Of a DNA stretch of 64,000 nt, positions 16,570 through 26,651 are shown piece after piece. The notes beneath the pieces are model-generated. The model did not search any database, had not been told where the DNA came from, and was given only the letters and a program-made list of their open reading frames with translations. The translations under genes and the position numbers were made by a program. The DNA lies in the NCBI GenBank assembly GCA_050998915.1, contig JBPCPS010000141.1, positions 5,878 through 69,877 of the forward strand. Direction: 5' to 3'. How positions within the stretch are numbered: position 1 is the first letter of the stretch; each line of letters begins with the position of its first letter. Source of the stretch: Gemmatimonadaceae bacterium. GTDB taxonomy: Bacteria > Gemmatimonadota > Gemmatimonadetes > Gemmatimonadales > Gemmatimonadaceae.

Positions 16570-17937
16570 GTGGCGAGCGTCCTCATAGTCGACGACGAGC
16601 CGAATATCCGGCGAATGGTCGGCGCGCTGCTGAGCGCCGAAGGTTACGACGTGCGCGAAGCGGAAGACGGCACGGCAGGACTGGCCGCAGCCGAGCAGCA
16701 GGAGCCGGACGTCGTACTGCTGGATCTGCTCATGCCGGGCGCGCTCGACGGAATGGCGACGCTCACCAGGCTTCGCGAAGCACACCCCGACATTCCCGTG
16801 GTCATGATGAGCGGGCGCGCCGGACTCGGCGACGCGGTACGAGCCACCAGACTCGGCGCGTTCAACTTCCTCGAGAAGCCGCTCACGCCCGAGAGCGTAT
16901 TGCTGACCGCATCCGCGGCGGCGGAGCTGCGCCGGACGAAGCTCGCCGCGCGCGCCCTGCGCGAAGAGCTCGGGCTCGGCGGACGGATGGTCGGGAGCAG
17001 CCCACAGATGCGGGCGGTGCGCTCGCTGATCGAGCGCGTGGCGCCGTCCGATTCGCGGGTGCTCATAACGGGCGAATCCGGCACGGGGAAGGAGCTGGTA
17101 GCCGCCGCCATCCACGATGCGAGCAGGCGACGGGACCGCGCGTTCGTCCGCGTCAATTGCGCGGCGATCCCGCGCGATCTCGTGGAGAGCGAGATGGTCG
17201 GCCACGAGCGGGGCGCGTTCACCGGCGCGACTCAAACGAGGATCGGGCGGTTCGAGCTGGCACATGGCGGGACGCTCTTCCTGGACGAGATCGGCGATCT
17301 GGGCGCCGAGGCGCAGGCCAAGCTGCTGCGCGCGATCGAAGCCAAGGAGATCCAGCGCGTCGGCGGGAGCAAGCCCGTTAACGTCGACGTCAGGATCATC
17401 TCCGCCACCAACCACGATCTCGCGCGCGGCGTCGCGGAGGGCGTCTTTCGCGAGGACCTGTACTTCCGGCTCAACGTCATTCCGCTCACGCTCCCGGCCC
17501 TGCGCGAGCGGGACGGCGACGTTGTGGAGCTGGCCAGGTATTTCACGGAGCTGCACCACTCCAAGACCGGTCGTCCGCGGGTGATCTGGAGCGCCGACGC
17601 GCTCGCCGCCGTCGAGGAATACGCTTGGCCGGGGAACGTGCGCGAGCTGGCGAACATCGTCGAGCGGATGGCAATTCTTCATCCCGGCGAAGAGCTGACG
17701 CGCGCGCACATGGCCGCCGTCCTGCCAACTGGCGGCGATGGCGGTCCGGTAGGCGCACTCCCGTCCGGGGATGTTCCGCTCACGGACGCTTTGGACGATT
17801 ACGAGCGGCGCCTGATCCTGCGCGCGCTCGACGAGGCCAGGTGGAACGTGGCCGATGCCGCGAGGCGACTTCGGACCGACCGCCCCAACCTGTATCGGCG
17901 CATGAAGCGGCTCGGAATCGACGACCCGCGTGTATAA
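16570..17937 (+). CDS. Sigma54-dependent response regulator (NtrC/NtrX family)
   Basis: Receiver domain (VLIVDDE...DLLMPG), AAA+ Walker A GESGTGKE, GAFTGA loop, C-terminal HTH. Confidence 0.92.
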   Translation: MASVLIVDDEPNIRRMVGALLSAEGYDVREAEDGTAGLAAAEQQEPDVVLLDLLMPGALDGMATLTRLREAHPDIPVVMMSGRAGLGDAVRATRLGAFNFLEKPLTPESVLLTASAAAELRRTKLAARALREELGLGGRMVGSSPQMRAVRSLIERVAPSDSRVLITGESGTGKELVAAAIHDASRRRDRAFVRVNCAAIPRDLVESEMVGHERGAFTGATQTRIGRFELAHGGTLFLDEIGDLGAEAQAKLLRAIEAKEIQRVGGSKPVNVDVRIISATNHDLARGVAEGVFREDLYFRLNVIPLTLPALRERDGDVVELARYFTELHHSKTGRPRVIWSADALAAVEEYAWPGNVRELANIVERMAILHPGEELTRAHMAAVLPTGGDGGPVGALPSGDVPLTDALDDYERRLILRALDEARWNVADAARRLRTDRPNLYRRMKRLGIDDPRV

Positions 17938-17944
17938 CGGGATC

Positions 17945-19354
17945 ATGGGATACTCCAGGACCACGCTCGTGGCGGCGGGCACGCTGCTGGCGCTGTCCGT
18001 CTCCGCCAGCGCGCAGACGCCGGACACGCTCGCCACCGATTCGATTCCGGATGCACCCGCGCCGGCGCGTGCGCCGCGCAACACCGCGACGATTACCGTC
18101 ACGTCCGGCGGTGGCTACAATCGCGTGGAGGGACTCCCCGTGCTGTTCGGCCCGGTGATCGAGACCGGGCTCGGGACGGGTCGGCTGCGCGTCTCGCTGC
18201 TCGGCATCGTTCGGAGCGCAGGAACGTTCCGCCTGGCCAGTGAGAACCTCGGGCACGACATGAAAGTGGCCGCGCTCTTCGATCCTGCGGAGCGGACGTC
18301 TCTCGCCGCACGCGCGTACGACATCGTGGACGCGGTCGAGGACTGGCAGATCCCACGGGACGAAGCCGGCCTGGCCGCGTTTTTCTTTCGCAGCGACTTC
18401 CGCGACCACTATGGGCGGCACGGCGCCTCACTATCGGCCACTTACGCGGCATCGAGACGGGCCACGCTGACGGCTTCCGTCGCGCGCGAGCGGTGGCACA
18501 CGAGGGAAGTGCGCGACGTGCTCACCGTTTTTCGTAATGGGAAAGCGTGGCGGCCGAGCCCCTCCATGGACGAAGGCCTCTTTCGCGTCGCGACCGCCGG
18601 TCTCGAGTACGACAACCGGAACGATCCGCGCCGGCCTGCGACCGGTTGGCTGGTGCGAGCGGAGTACGAGCTCGGGTCGGGGCGCATCGATGCGTTCGGC
18701 GCCGCCTCGGAGAACGCGCGCAGTGGCTCACCGAGCGCCGACACCAGATACGGTCGCCTGTTCGCGGATGCGCGCCGCTACTTCCGACTCTCCCCGACTA
18801 CGCAGCTGAGCGGCCGCGTGGTGCTCGGCGGCTGGCTGCACGGCGAGGAGCTGCCGCTGCAGCGCCGTCTGTCCGTGAGCGGAGTGGGAGCCATACCTGG
18901 AATCGACTTCAGGGAGCCGTCTCTCGGCCCGGACGTCGGGCAGTGCAGCACGGCGCCGGCGCCAGCGGGGGATCCCGCGCAATGTGAGCGCGCCCTCCTG
19001 GCGCAGCTCGAGTACCGGGTCGGGCTCAAGTCCCGACCCGGCAGCATCATCGGCCGTACGGTGCGTATTCGAAGCCGCGCATTCACGCTCAATCCCGCGC
19101 TCGTTCTCTTCGCCGATGCGGGGAGAGGTTGGCTGCTCGACCCGCGCAGCAATGATATTCGGGCGAACGGGACGCTGGCGCCGCGCCCGCGCGACCTCAT
19201 CTACTCGGCGTCGGCCATCCCGCCGCTGGGAACTTTCCGGACTGACATCGGAATCGGCGTAGACCTAGGACTGTTCGGGATATATGCCGCGAAATCGCTT
19301 TCGGAATCGGGCGAGCCGGTCAACATCTTTCTGCGCGCGCGACGCCGGTTCTGA
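17945..19354 (+). CDS. Omp85/BamA-family outer-membrane protein (surface antigen domain)
   Basis: Signal peptide ...ALSVSASAQ, LSVSGVGAIPGIDF resembling the Omp85 GG-x-x-RG motif region, beta-strand periodicity, C-terminal Phe (RARRRF). Confidence 0.6.
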   Translation: MGYSRTTLVAAGTLLALSVSASAQTPDTLATDSIPDAPAPARAPRNTATITVTSGGGYNRVEGLPVLFGPVIETGLGTGRLRVSLLGIVRSAGTFRLASENLGHDMKVAALFDPAERTSLAARAYDIVDAVEDWQIPRDEAGLAAFFFRSDFRDHYGRHGASLSATYAASRRATLTASVARERWHTREVRDVLTVFRNGKAWRPSPSMDEGLFRVATAGLEYDNRNDPRRPATGWLVRAEYELGSGRIDAFGAASENARSGSPSADTRYGRLFADARRYFRLSPTTQLSGRVVLGGWLHGEELPLQRRLSVSGVGAIPGIDFREPSLGPDVGQCSTAPAPAGDPAQCERALLAQLEYRVGLKSRPGSIIGRTVRIRSRAFTLNPALVLFADAGRGWLLDPRSNDIRANGTLAPRPRDLIYSASAIPPLGTFRTDIGIGVDLGLFGIYAAKSLSESGEPVNIFLRARRRF

Positions 19355-19359
19355 CGAAA

Positions 19360-20001
19360 GTGAACGCTCTGTCGCGGGTGGCGCTCACTCTCACGATCGC
19401 GGCCGCGCCGGCATTCGTGGAAGCGCAGGAGCCGGACATCGAGGTGCGGCTTGCGGCACCGGCAGCGCGCGCGACCGAGTCGCCGTTCACCAGGACGTCG
19501 GGGCTGCTGCGAGGGCCGATGAGCGAGCTCATGCAGAGCGGGTTCCCTGCCCGCATCCGCTACAAGATCGAGCGCTGGGCGGTCGGCGGCTGGGCGGATG
19601 ACCTCAAGGCGACCAGAGAGTGGAACGTCATAGTTCGCTACGACCAGATCGCGCGCACGTTCCGGGTGGTGCGTGTGTTCAGGAGTACCGCGACCGCACT
19701 GGGCGAATCGCCCACCATTGCCGGCGCCGATTCGATCGTGGCGCGGCTGACGCGCACACCCATGCCTCCGCCCCGCCGCGGCGAGCGGTCGTACTACACG
19801 CTGTCGATCGAGCTCGAGATGCTGTCTCTGAGCGATCTCGACGAGCTAGAGAACTGGCTGCGCGGCGAGTTTCGCCCCGCAGTGCGCGGCGAGCGGAATC
19901 CCGGCACGGCGCTTACGCGGGGCATTCGAACTTTGGTAGTGCGGTTGCTCGGAGGAGAGAAGCGGCGCTACGAAGCGCGCTCGCCGACGTTCACACCGTG
20001 A
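19360..20001 (+). CDS. Secreted hypothetical protein (possibly DUF4390-like)
   Basis: Signal peptide LTIAAAPAFVEAQ. Layout recalls the DUF4390 proteins that accompany ntrYX in Betaproteobacteria; this is from memory and was not checked against an HMM. Confidence 0.45.
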   Translation: MNALSRVALTLTIAAAPAFVEAQEPDIEVRLAAPAARATESPFTRTSGLLRGPMSELMQSGFPARIRYKIERWAVGGWADDLKATREWNVIVRYDQIARTFRVVRVFRSTATALGESPTIAGADSIVARLTRTPMPPPRRGERSYYTLSIELEMLSLSDLDELENWLRGEFRPAVRGERNPGTALTRGIRTLVVRLLGGEKRRYEARSPTFTP

Positions 20002-20012
20002 AGATTAAGGTC

Positions 20013-20061
20013 CTGAGCTGTTAGCCAAGAGCCAACAGCCAATAGCCAACAGCTAACTCAG
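20013..20061. repeat. GCCAAYA heptamer/hairpin element, copy 1
   Basis: ctgagctgttagccaagagccaacagccaatagccaacagctaactcag. AGCTGTTAGC can pair with GCCAACAGCT. It overlaps the HNH stop codon and lies between convergent genes. Confidence 0.75.
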
Positions 20062-20655
20062 TAGCGTCACCCGCTCATGCCGCGGATGCCGGTGCTCCAG
20101 GTCCTCGAGATGGTGGAGCGTCTCCTCGCCGTAGAACAGCTTGATGTACCGCGCCTGCGTCGGCGTGAGACGGCGCACCGCCCAGCTCAGATGCACGAAG
20201 TGCGGCTCGACCGGAGCGTGCAGCGGATGCATCCCGATCTCGCTCGGCAGGTGGTTCGCCTTCTTCGTGTTGCACGGGCTGCAGGCCGTGACGACGTTGG
20301 TCCAATCGTTGGAGCCGCCGCGCGAAATGGGGACCAGATGATCGCGCGTCAGCGATTCCCGCGGCTTCAGTTCCAGCTGCATCTTGCCGCAGTACTGGCA
20401 GCGATACCGGTCGCGCGCGAATAGAAACGTGTTGGTCACCTGGCGCCGGAACTTGCGCGGAACGTGCACGAACTTGCGCAGCCGGATGACGACGGGCCGC
20501 GGAAGGCTCAGCCGCTCGGATCGGACGTGACGATCCGGATCGGCTTCGACGATTTCCGCCTTGCCGTCTATGACGAGCCGTAGTGCGCGCCTGAGCGGCA
20601 CCATGGTCAGAGGCTCGAATGACGCGTTAAGTGCCAGACAACCCAGCACCAACAT
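20053..20655 (-). CDS. HNH endonuclease
   Basis: CQYCG ... DHLVPISRGGSNDWTNVVTACSPCNTKK (HNH/Zn motif). Confidence 0.85.
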   Translation of the reverse strand: MLVLGCLALNASFEPLTMVPLRRALRLVIDGKAEIVEADPDRHVRSERLSLPRPVVIRLRKFVHVPRKFRRQVTNTFLFARDRYRCQYCGKMQLELKPRESLTRDHLVPISRGGSNDWTNVVTACSPCNTKKANHLPSEIGMHPLHAPVEPHFVHLSWAVRRLTPTQARYIKLFYGEETLHHLEDLEHRHPRHERVTLLS

Positions 20656-20686
20656 CTCCTACGGGAGTTCGTGAGGTCAATATAAG

Positions 20687-21667
20687 CTACGCGTAACTCT
20701 TCACAGTAGACGTTTCTGCGCCCCTGGAGGGCACAGACCCCCTGCCCGGCACCGGTGTGCGCCAGCCATACCGGTCCGGCAGCTTGCCGGTCGCCAGACC
20801 CATGTACTGCTCCTGGATGGCGAGACTGATGGGACCGGGCTTTCCCGTGCCGACGGCGACACGATCGACCGACTTGATGGGAGTGATCTCCGCCGCCGTC
20901 CCGGTGAAGAAAAGCTCGTCGGCGATGTACAGGATCTCGCGCGGCATCACCTGCTCCACGACTTCGTACCCGAGATCGCGCGCAATGGTCAGCACGGAAT
21001 CACGGGTGATTCCATTGAGAATGCCGGCGCTGATCGGGCTCGTCATGAGCTTGCCGTCATGCACCACGAACAGGTTCTCGCCGCTTCCCTCGGAGATGAA
21101 CCCGAAGGAATCGAGCATGATCCCTTCGACATATCCATCGGTGCGCGCTTCCATCTTGGAGAGCTGGGAGCCGAGGTAGTTGCCGCCGGCTTTGGCGAGC
21201 GTCGGCGTAGTACCGGGAGAGGGGCGCCGCCAGCTCGATATGCACACGTCCACCCCGGCTTCCAGCGCGTCCTTGCCGAGGTACGCGCCCCACTTCCACG
21301 GAATGATGAATGTCTCTACGGGGACATCGATGGGCAGAACGCCCATCTGCATGCCGGTTCGCATCGCCACCGGCCGCAGGTAACAGTGGGGCAGCGAATT
21401 TTCCGCGACGGTGGCCACGCATGCTTCCACCAGATCGTCGACCGAATGCGCCATCGGCATCCGGTAGATGCGACACGAATCGTGAAATCGCTCCATGTGT
21501 TCGCGCAGACGGAAGATCGCCGGGCCGTCCGGAGTCTCGTAGCAGCGAATGCCCTCGAAGACGCTCGAGCCGTAGTGCACGACGTGGCTGAGTACGTGAA
21601 TCGTGGCGTCCTGCCACGAAATCATCTTGCCGTCGCGCCAGATCTTGTGGTCCGGTGCCGGAGTCAT
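20687..21667 (-). CDS. ilvE: Branched-chain amino acid aminotransferase
   Basis: Class IV aminotransferase motifs: VHYGSSVFEGIRCY, KAGGNYL, EGSGENLF, ITRDSV. ATG 21667 preferred; ATG 21718 is possible. Confidence 0.9.
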   Translation of the reverse strand: MTPAPDHKIWRDGKMISWQDATIHVLSHVVHYGSSVFEGIRCYETPDGPAIFRLREHMERFHDSCRIYRMPMAHSVDDLVEACVATVAENSLPHCYLRPVAMRTGMQMGVLPIDVPVETFIIPWKWGAYLGKDALEAGVDVCISSWRRPSPGTTPTLAKAGGNYLGSQLSKMEARTDGYVEGIMLDSFGFISEGSGENLFVVHDGKLMTSPISAGILNGITRDSVLTIARDLGYEVVEQVMPREILYIADELFFTGTAAEITPIKSVDRVAVGTGKPGPISLAIQEQYMGLATGKLPDRYGWRTPVPGRGSVPSRGAETSTVKSYA

Positions 21668-21687
21668 CTGTGCCTTCCGTGCTTCGG

Positions 21688-23040
21688 TCAGTGAGAAGTC
21701 GTCGCCGCGCCGTGCCACGCGCGGAGCGCTCGTCCGGCCGCTGCAATCCGGCCGGTTAGTTCCTCATCCACGCCCAGCACGCGTCCATCGCGGACCAGCG
21801 GCCTGCCTGCGACCGCGACGAACCGCGCCGCGGCCCCGCCCAGCGAGAATATAGCCGCCGCGACGGGATCCCCGACAGGAAGCGACGCCGCACCCAGCTC
21901 GAAGACGGCGAAGTCCGCGTCCTTGCCGCGCTCGAGCGTGCCCACGCGGTCCTCTAGCCGTAGCGCTCGCGCTCCGCCCACCGTAGCGAGCTCGAGCGCC
22001 TGCGCCGCCGGCACCGCGTCGTGCGACCGGAGCCGCGCGCGTTGCTGCAGTACCGCGGTACGCGCCTCTTCCAGGATGTGCATCCGGTTGTTGCTCGCCA
22101 CGGAGTCCGACCCGAGACCCACCGCGAGCCCGGCGGCGAGCATTTCGGTGAGGGGCGCGACACCGTGTCCCAGCTTGGCGTTCGACACCGGGCAATGCGC
22201 GACCGCGCATCCCTTCTCCGCCATGATCGACAGGTCTCGCTCGTCCACGTGCACGCAGTGGATCAGCAATGTCTCGCGTCCAAGGGCGCCGAGCGAATCC
22301 AGCAGAGCGATCGGGGAGCGCGCGCGAACAGGAGTCGCGATGCCCCGCGCCGAGAGCCGCGTAGCGAGCGCGCCGGCTCCCCGGCACACGAGGTCACATT
22401 CGGCCGCGCTCTCGGCCACGTGCACGGCCATGAGCAGGCCGGCCTCCCGCGCGTACCGGGCCACGTCGGCGTACAGGTCGTCGGAGACCGTGTAAGGCGC
22501 GTGCGGCGATACGCCGAGCGTGACCAACGATCCGTCGCCGGACGAAAGGCCCGCCGCGTCGATCCGGACGCGCAGCTCCTCCATGGCACCGACGCGCCGC
22601 TCCGGCGCGGGCCCGAAGACTTCCTGGTACATGATTCCGCGCACGCCCATCTCGAGCATCGCCGGGAGCGCGACGCCGCTGGCGCACGTATCGGCATATG
22701 TCGTGATCCCCGCCAGCAAACCTTCGGCGATCCCGTGGCGCGCCGAATCGAGCAGCATCGCGTCGGACAGAATCTCGTTCCGGCTCGCGCGGAGCTTGTT
22801 GATCCAGTCCGGAAAATCGAGCTCTTCCAGCGAGCCGCGCATGGCCGTCAACTCGAGGTGCGTGTGCGTGTTGATCAGGCCCGGCAGGAGAATAGCTTCC
22901 CCAAAATCGACTTCCTCTCCCTCAGGCGCACTGGCAGCCGGGCCGACATACTCGATGCTGGCGCCGCTGACTCCGAGCACGCCGTCCTCGATGGGCGCAC
23001 CGCTGACGGGAATCAGCCAGCGCGCGCGGTACCGGATCAC
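21688..23040 (-). CDS. Amidohydrolase, MtaD/TRZ-ATZ (nucleoside/aminopurine deaminase-like) family
   Basis: LPGLINTHTHLELT, HVAES, HCVHV, GLGSDSVASNN metal-ligand motifs. GTG 23040 forms a GTGA overlap with the PBP1A stop. The listed 769-aa ORF is an upstream out-of-frame extension. Confidence 0.82.
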   Translation of the reverse strand: MIRYRARWLIPVSGAPIEDGVLGVSGASIEYVGPAASAPEGEEVDFGEAILLPGLINTHTHLELTAMRGSLEELDFPDWINKLRASRNEILSDAMLLDSARHGIAEGLLAGITTYADTCASGVALPAMLEMGVRGIMYQEVFGPAPERRVGAMEELRVRIDAAGLSSGDGSLVTLGVSPHAPYTVSDDLYADVARYAREAGLLMAVHVAESAAECDLVCRGAGALATRLSARGIATPVRARSPIALLDSLGALGRETLLIHCVHVDERDLSIMAEKGCAVAHCPVSNAKLGHGVAPLTEMLAAGLAVGLGSDSVASNNRMHILEEARTAVLQQRARLRSHDAVPAAQALELATVGGARALRLEDRVGTLERGKDADFAVFELGAASLPVGDPVAAAIFSLGGAAARFVAVAGRPLVRDGRVLGVDEELTGRIAAAGRALRAWHGAATTSH

Positions 23041-25355
23041 GGTTCGCGCGACGGTATCGTATCGCGTGGCACGCCTGGCCGGGGCAGCGGCGCCGATCCC
23101 GGCTGTATGCGCGTCACGGGATCGGGCTGCCTCACCGGCTGCGTCGGTGGCACCTCCAGCTGCGGTTGCGGTTGCGGTTGGCTCGGTACTCCGCCGGTCG
23201 TGTCGTAGTACGGCGAATAGATCGCCGGCATGCACTCGCGCGTCGGCTCCGTGCCGGAGATGAAGAACTCCGTGACTACGGGACCCCCACCGCAATACGG
23301 TGAGGCCAGCAGTCCGGAGCGCAGATCGACTTCGCGCACGACGATCCCCGGGGGGCGCGGCCAATCCGGCGGCGCGGGCTTCCGCCGGTAAACCTCCTGC
23401 ATGAACGCCGCCCACGCGGGCGCGGCAAGGATTCCACCCTGCGCATTCGCTTTGATCTTCCGCGGCCGGTCGTAGCCCATCCAGACACCCGCGACGAGGT
23501 CGGCGGTGTATCCTACGAACCAGACGTCGGTGCCGTCGTTGGTTGTTCCCGTTTTTCCGCCCGCCGGGCGACGAAAGCCGGACGCCCATACGCCGGACCC
23601 CGTGCCCCGCCGCACGACGTCTTTCATCATGTCCACCATCAGCCACGCTTCCTCCGCGGTCATCACCTGCGAGTGCGTGGGCGTCGGCTGCCAGAGGATC
23701 TCGCCGCGAGCGTTCTCGACGCGAACGATCGCATGCGGCGTAGCGCGGATGCCGAGGTTCGCGAACGCCGAGTATGCAGAAATTATCTCGAGCGGATACA
23801 CCTCGGCCGCGCCGATGTGGATGGAGGGGAACGGCGGAATCGGCGACGTGATTCCGAAGTTGCGCGCTTCCCCGATCACGCGCTCCTCCCCCAGCTCCAT
23901 TCCGAGGTTGATGGCCGCGAGGTTGCGCGACATGTACAGCCCGCGCCGCATCGGGATCGGCCCTTCGAACCGCCCGTCGAAGTTGCGCGGCGACCAATCG
24001 CTGCCGCCCATGTTCGCCAGATTGATCGAAGTGTCCATCACCACGTACGAGGGCGGGCGACCGTTCTTGATCGCGGTCGCGTACACGAATGGCTTGAAGG
24101 TCGAGCCCGGCTGCCGCATGGCCTGTACGGCGCGATTGAACTTGGAGTCGTCGAAGTCGCGCCCGCCGACCATCGAGCGAACCGCGCCGCTCTGGGGCTC
24201 GAGCGCGACGAACGCCCCCTGCAGGTACGGGGAGTTGCCGGGCGCCGTCTCATCGCCGGAGATCTTTCGGGCGATGTAACGCTCGTAACTCTCCTTACCG
24301 AAAGCGCCGTACCGACCGCTCTCGATGGCCCGCAGCTGCTGCTCGAGCGCGCGCTCGGCCGCGGACTGCATGTCGAGGTCGAGCGTCGTATACACCTTCA
24401 GCCCCTGCTCGTACAGCTGCCGGCCGAACTGATCGTCCAGCTGTTGCCGTACCCATTCCACGTAATACGGCGCTATGTCGCCGGACTCCGTGCGCTCCGC
24501 GACGCGCAACGGGTAGGCCTTCGCGAGGCTCGCATCCGCGTCGCTCACGACTTCCTCCCGGCGCATCAGCTCGATGACCGTGTTCCTGCGCTGGATCGCG
24601 CGCTCGGGGTAGCGGCGGGGGTTGTATCGGGAAGGCGCTTTCGGCAACGCGGCCAGCATCGCCGCCTCGGCGAGATTGAGGTCGCGCACGGACTTGCCGA
24701 AGTACCGCTGCGACGCGGTCTCGACACCGTACGATCCGCTGCCCAGGTCGATCTGATTGAGGTACAGCTCGAGAATCTTGTCTTTGGTGAAGCGGTCCTC
24801 GATCCCGCGCGCGACTTTACCTTCCTTGATCTTCCTGACTAGCGTCTTCTCGCGCGAGATGGATTCCGGGAAAATGTTACGCGCGAGCTGCATCGTGATG
24901 GTGGAGAAGCCTTCCCGCCATCCGCCGGCCAGGACGTTGTGTGACGCGGCGCCGAAGACTCTGAGCCAGTCGAGGCCCGCGTGCGAATAGAACCGCTTGT
25001 CTTCCGTGACGACGAATGCGTCCTTCACCACCTGGGGGATCTCGTCGAGCTTGACGAGCGTACGGCGCTCGACCCCGATCTCGGCGATGAAGCGGCCATC
25101 CACGGCGTACAGCTTGGAAGTTTGGTTGGGCGTGTACTCGTCCAGCTCTTCGATGGCGGGGCACTGGCCGCCGCGACATACGAGGGCCCACGACGCGTAC
25201 AGCAGCCCGATCCCGAAAGAGACCACCAGCGTGGTGCCGAGCGCGATGGCGCGGAGCAGGACCGGATGGTTCTTCCTGAACGACGCAAACCGGCCGCGCG
25301 GCCTTCCCCGCGGCTGGCCCCGGGGAGCAGGGGGTGACATGATCGAAATGTACAA
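23037..25355 (-). CDS. mrcA: Penicillin-binding protein 1A (bifunctional transglycosylase/transpeptidase)
   Basis: GT51 motifs EDKRFYSH and RKIKE; transpeptidase STFKP and KTGTT; Pro/Gln-rich C-terminal tail. Confidence 0.92.
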   Translation of the reverse strand: MYISIMSPPAPRGQPRGRPRGRFASFRKNHPVLLRAIALGTTLVVSFGIGLLYASWALVCRGGQCPAIEELDEYTPNQTSKLYAVDGRFIAEIGVERRTLVKLDEIPQVVKDAFVVTEDKRFYSHAGLDWLRVFGAASHNVLAGGWREGFSTITMQLARNIFPESISREKTLVRKIKEGKVARGIEDRFTKDKILELYLNQIDLGSGSYGVETASQRYFGKSVRDLNLAEAAMLAALPKAPSRYNPRRYPERAIQRRNTVIELMRREEVVSDADASLAKAYPLRVAERTESGDIAPYYVEWVRQQLDDQFGRQLYEQGLKVYTTLDLDMQSAAERALEQQLRAIESGRYGAFGKESYERYIARKISGDETAPGNSPYLQGAFVALEPQSGAVRSMVGGRDFDDSKFNRAVQAMRQPGSTFKPFVYATAIKNGRPPSYVVMDTSINLANMGGSDWSPRNFDGRFEGPIPMRRGLYMSRNLAAINLGMELGEERVIGEARNFGITSPIPPFPSIHIGAAEVYPLEIISAYSAFANLGIRATPHAIVRVENARGEILWQPTPTHSQVMTAEEAWLMVDMMKDVVRRGTGSGVWASGFRRPAGGKTGTTNDGTDVWFVGYTADLVAGVWMGYDRPRKIKANAQGGILAAPAWAAFMQEVYRRKPAPPDWPRPPGIVVREVDLRSGLLASPYCGGGPVVTEFFISGTEPTRECMPAIYSPYYDTTGGVPSQPQPQPQLEVPPTQPVRQPDPVTRIQPGSAPLPRPGVPRDTIPSREP

Positions 25356-25382
25356 GTGTGGCGGAGCACGTACCTTTGTCGC

Positions 25383-26648
25383 ATGGCCAAGGGCGCGAAT
25401 TTGATCGAGGAGCTGTCATGGCGGGGGCTCCTGTATCAGCAGACGGATGGCGCGGCGAAGGCGCTCGCCGCGGGCACTCTCTCGGGCTACGCGGGGTTCG
25501 ATCCCACAGCGTCGAGCCTGCACGTGGGAAGCCTCGTACCGATCATGGGCCTCGTCCATCTGCAGCGCGCGGGACACACGCCGGTGGCGCTCGTGGGCAG
25601 CGGCACCGCCCTGATCGGTGATCCAAGCGGAAAATCCAGCGAGCGGCAGCTGCTCGATGAGGAAAACGTCCGAGCGAATGGCGCGGGGATCCTCGCGCAG
25701 CTGGAGCGCTTCCTGGATTTCTCCGGTCCGCATGCGGCTGTTTCGGCCGACAACTCGGAGTGGCTGCGGGGACTGGACCTGCTCGAATTTCTCCGCGACA
25801 CAGGCAAGCACTTCACCGTCAACTACATGCTGGCCAAGGAATCGGTGAAGGCCCGGATCGAGACCGGCATCTCGTTCACCGAGTTCTCGTACATGCTCCT
25901 CCAGGCACACGACTTTCTCGAGCTGCACCGACGGCACGGAGTTACGCTCCAGCTCGGCGGCAGCGATCAGTGGGGGAACATCACCGCTGGCATCGAGCTC
26001 ATCCGCCGCGCCCACGGCGCGGAAGCGCATGGGATCACGCTGCCGCTCGTCAGTACGGCGGACGGAACGAAGTTCGGCAAGACCGAAGCGGGGACGATCT
26101 GGCTCGACCCCGCGCGCACGAGCCCGTACCAGTTCTTTCAGTTCTGGATCAACACCGAGGATAGGGATGCCGGATCGTACCTCCGGATGTTCACGCTCCT
26201 CTCGCGCGGCGAGATCGAGGAGCTGGAGTCGCAGTTGAAAGCGCACCCGGAGAAGCGCGAGGCGCAGCGCGCGCTTGCAACCGACGTCACGACACGCGTG
26301 CACGGCGTTGAAGCCGCGCGGATCGCCGAGGAGGTTTCCTCGGTGCTGTTCGGCAAGCGCGAGGCGACCGAGCTTTCACTACCGGTGATCAAGGCTTTGT
26401 CGCGGGAGATTCCGTTTTCCGAGATCACTCTGGCCGACGCGGGATCGGTCGCAGACTTCGTCGTGACTTCGGGTCTTGCACCTTCGAAAGGAGCCGCTCG
26501 AAGGCTACTCGAGCAAGGCGGGATCTACGTCAACGGGCTGCGCGCGACGGCAGATCTTGATGTCTCGGCAGTAAGTCCGCTGCCAGAAAACCACCTGCTG
26601 CTGCGTAAAGGGGCCAGGCAATACGCGTTGATCAAGCTCCGGGGATAA
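25383..26648 (+). CDS. tyrS: Tyrosine--tRNA ligase
   Basis: HVGS (HIGH) and KFGKT (KMSKS) motifs, C-terminal S4 domain. Confidence 0.92.
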   Translation: MAKGANLIEELSWRGLLYQQTDGAAKALAAGTLSGYAGFDPTASSLHVGSLVPIMGLVHLQRAGHTPVALVGSGTALIGDPSGKSSERQLLDEENVRANGAGILAQLERFLDFSGPHAAVSADNSEWLRGLDLLEFLRDTGKHFTVNYMLAKESVKARIETGISFTEFSYMLLQAHDFLELHRRHGVTLQLGGSDQWGNITAGIELIRRAHGAEAHGITLPLVSTADGTKFGKTEAGTIWLDPARTSPYQFFQFWINTEDRDAGSYLRMFTLLSRGEIEELESQLKAHPEKREAQRALATDVTTRVHGVEAARIAEEVSSVLFGKREATELSLPVIKALSREIPFSEITLADAGSVADFVVTSGLAPSKGAARRLLEQGGIYVNGLRATADLDVSAVSPLPENHLLLRKGARQYALIKLRG

Positions 26649-26651
26649 CGC

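Noticed and set aside
16465-18102. Very long antisense ORFs. Examples: 16465-18102(-) 545 aa, 15053-16468(-) 471 aa, 62210-63709(+) 499 aa, 9829-11019(-) 396 aa, 4876-6036(-) 386 aa, 22021-23208(+), 23673-24842(+), 31331-32449(+).
   Set aside because: These are typical shadow ORFs of GC-rich DNA. They are fully embedded opposite genes with unmistakable family motifs, are dominated by Arg/Ala/Gly/Pro, and show no recognisable domains.
20053-20655. HNH endonuclease as part of a defence island or mobile element
   Set aside because: It is flanked by housekeeping genes (ilvE, two-component cluster). There is no methylase, integrase, toxin or phage gene nearby, and its composition matches its surroundings.
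21688-23997. 769-aa ORF that seems to fuse an N-terminal region to the amidohydrolase
   Set aside because: The first ~320 aa are Arg/Ala/Gly-rich with no motifs, and they lie out of frame over the clearly real PBP1A gene. The amidohydrolase homology begins at VIRYRARW, and GTG 23040 gives a classic GTGA overlap with the PBP1A stop.
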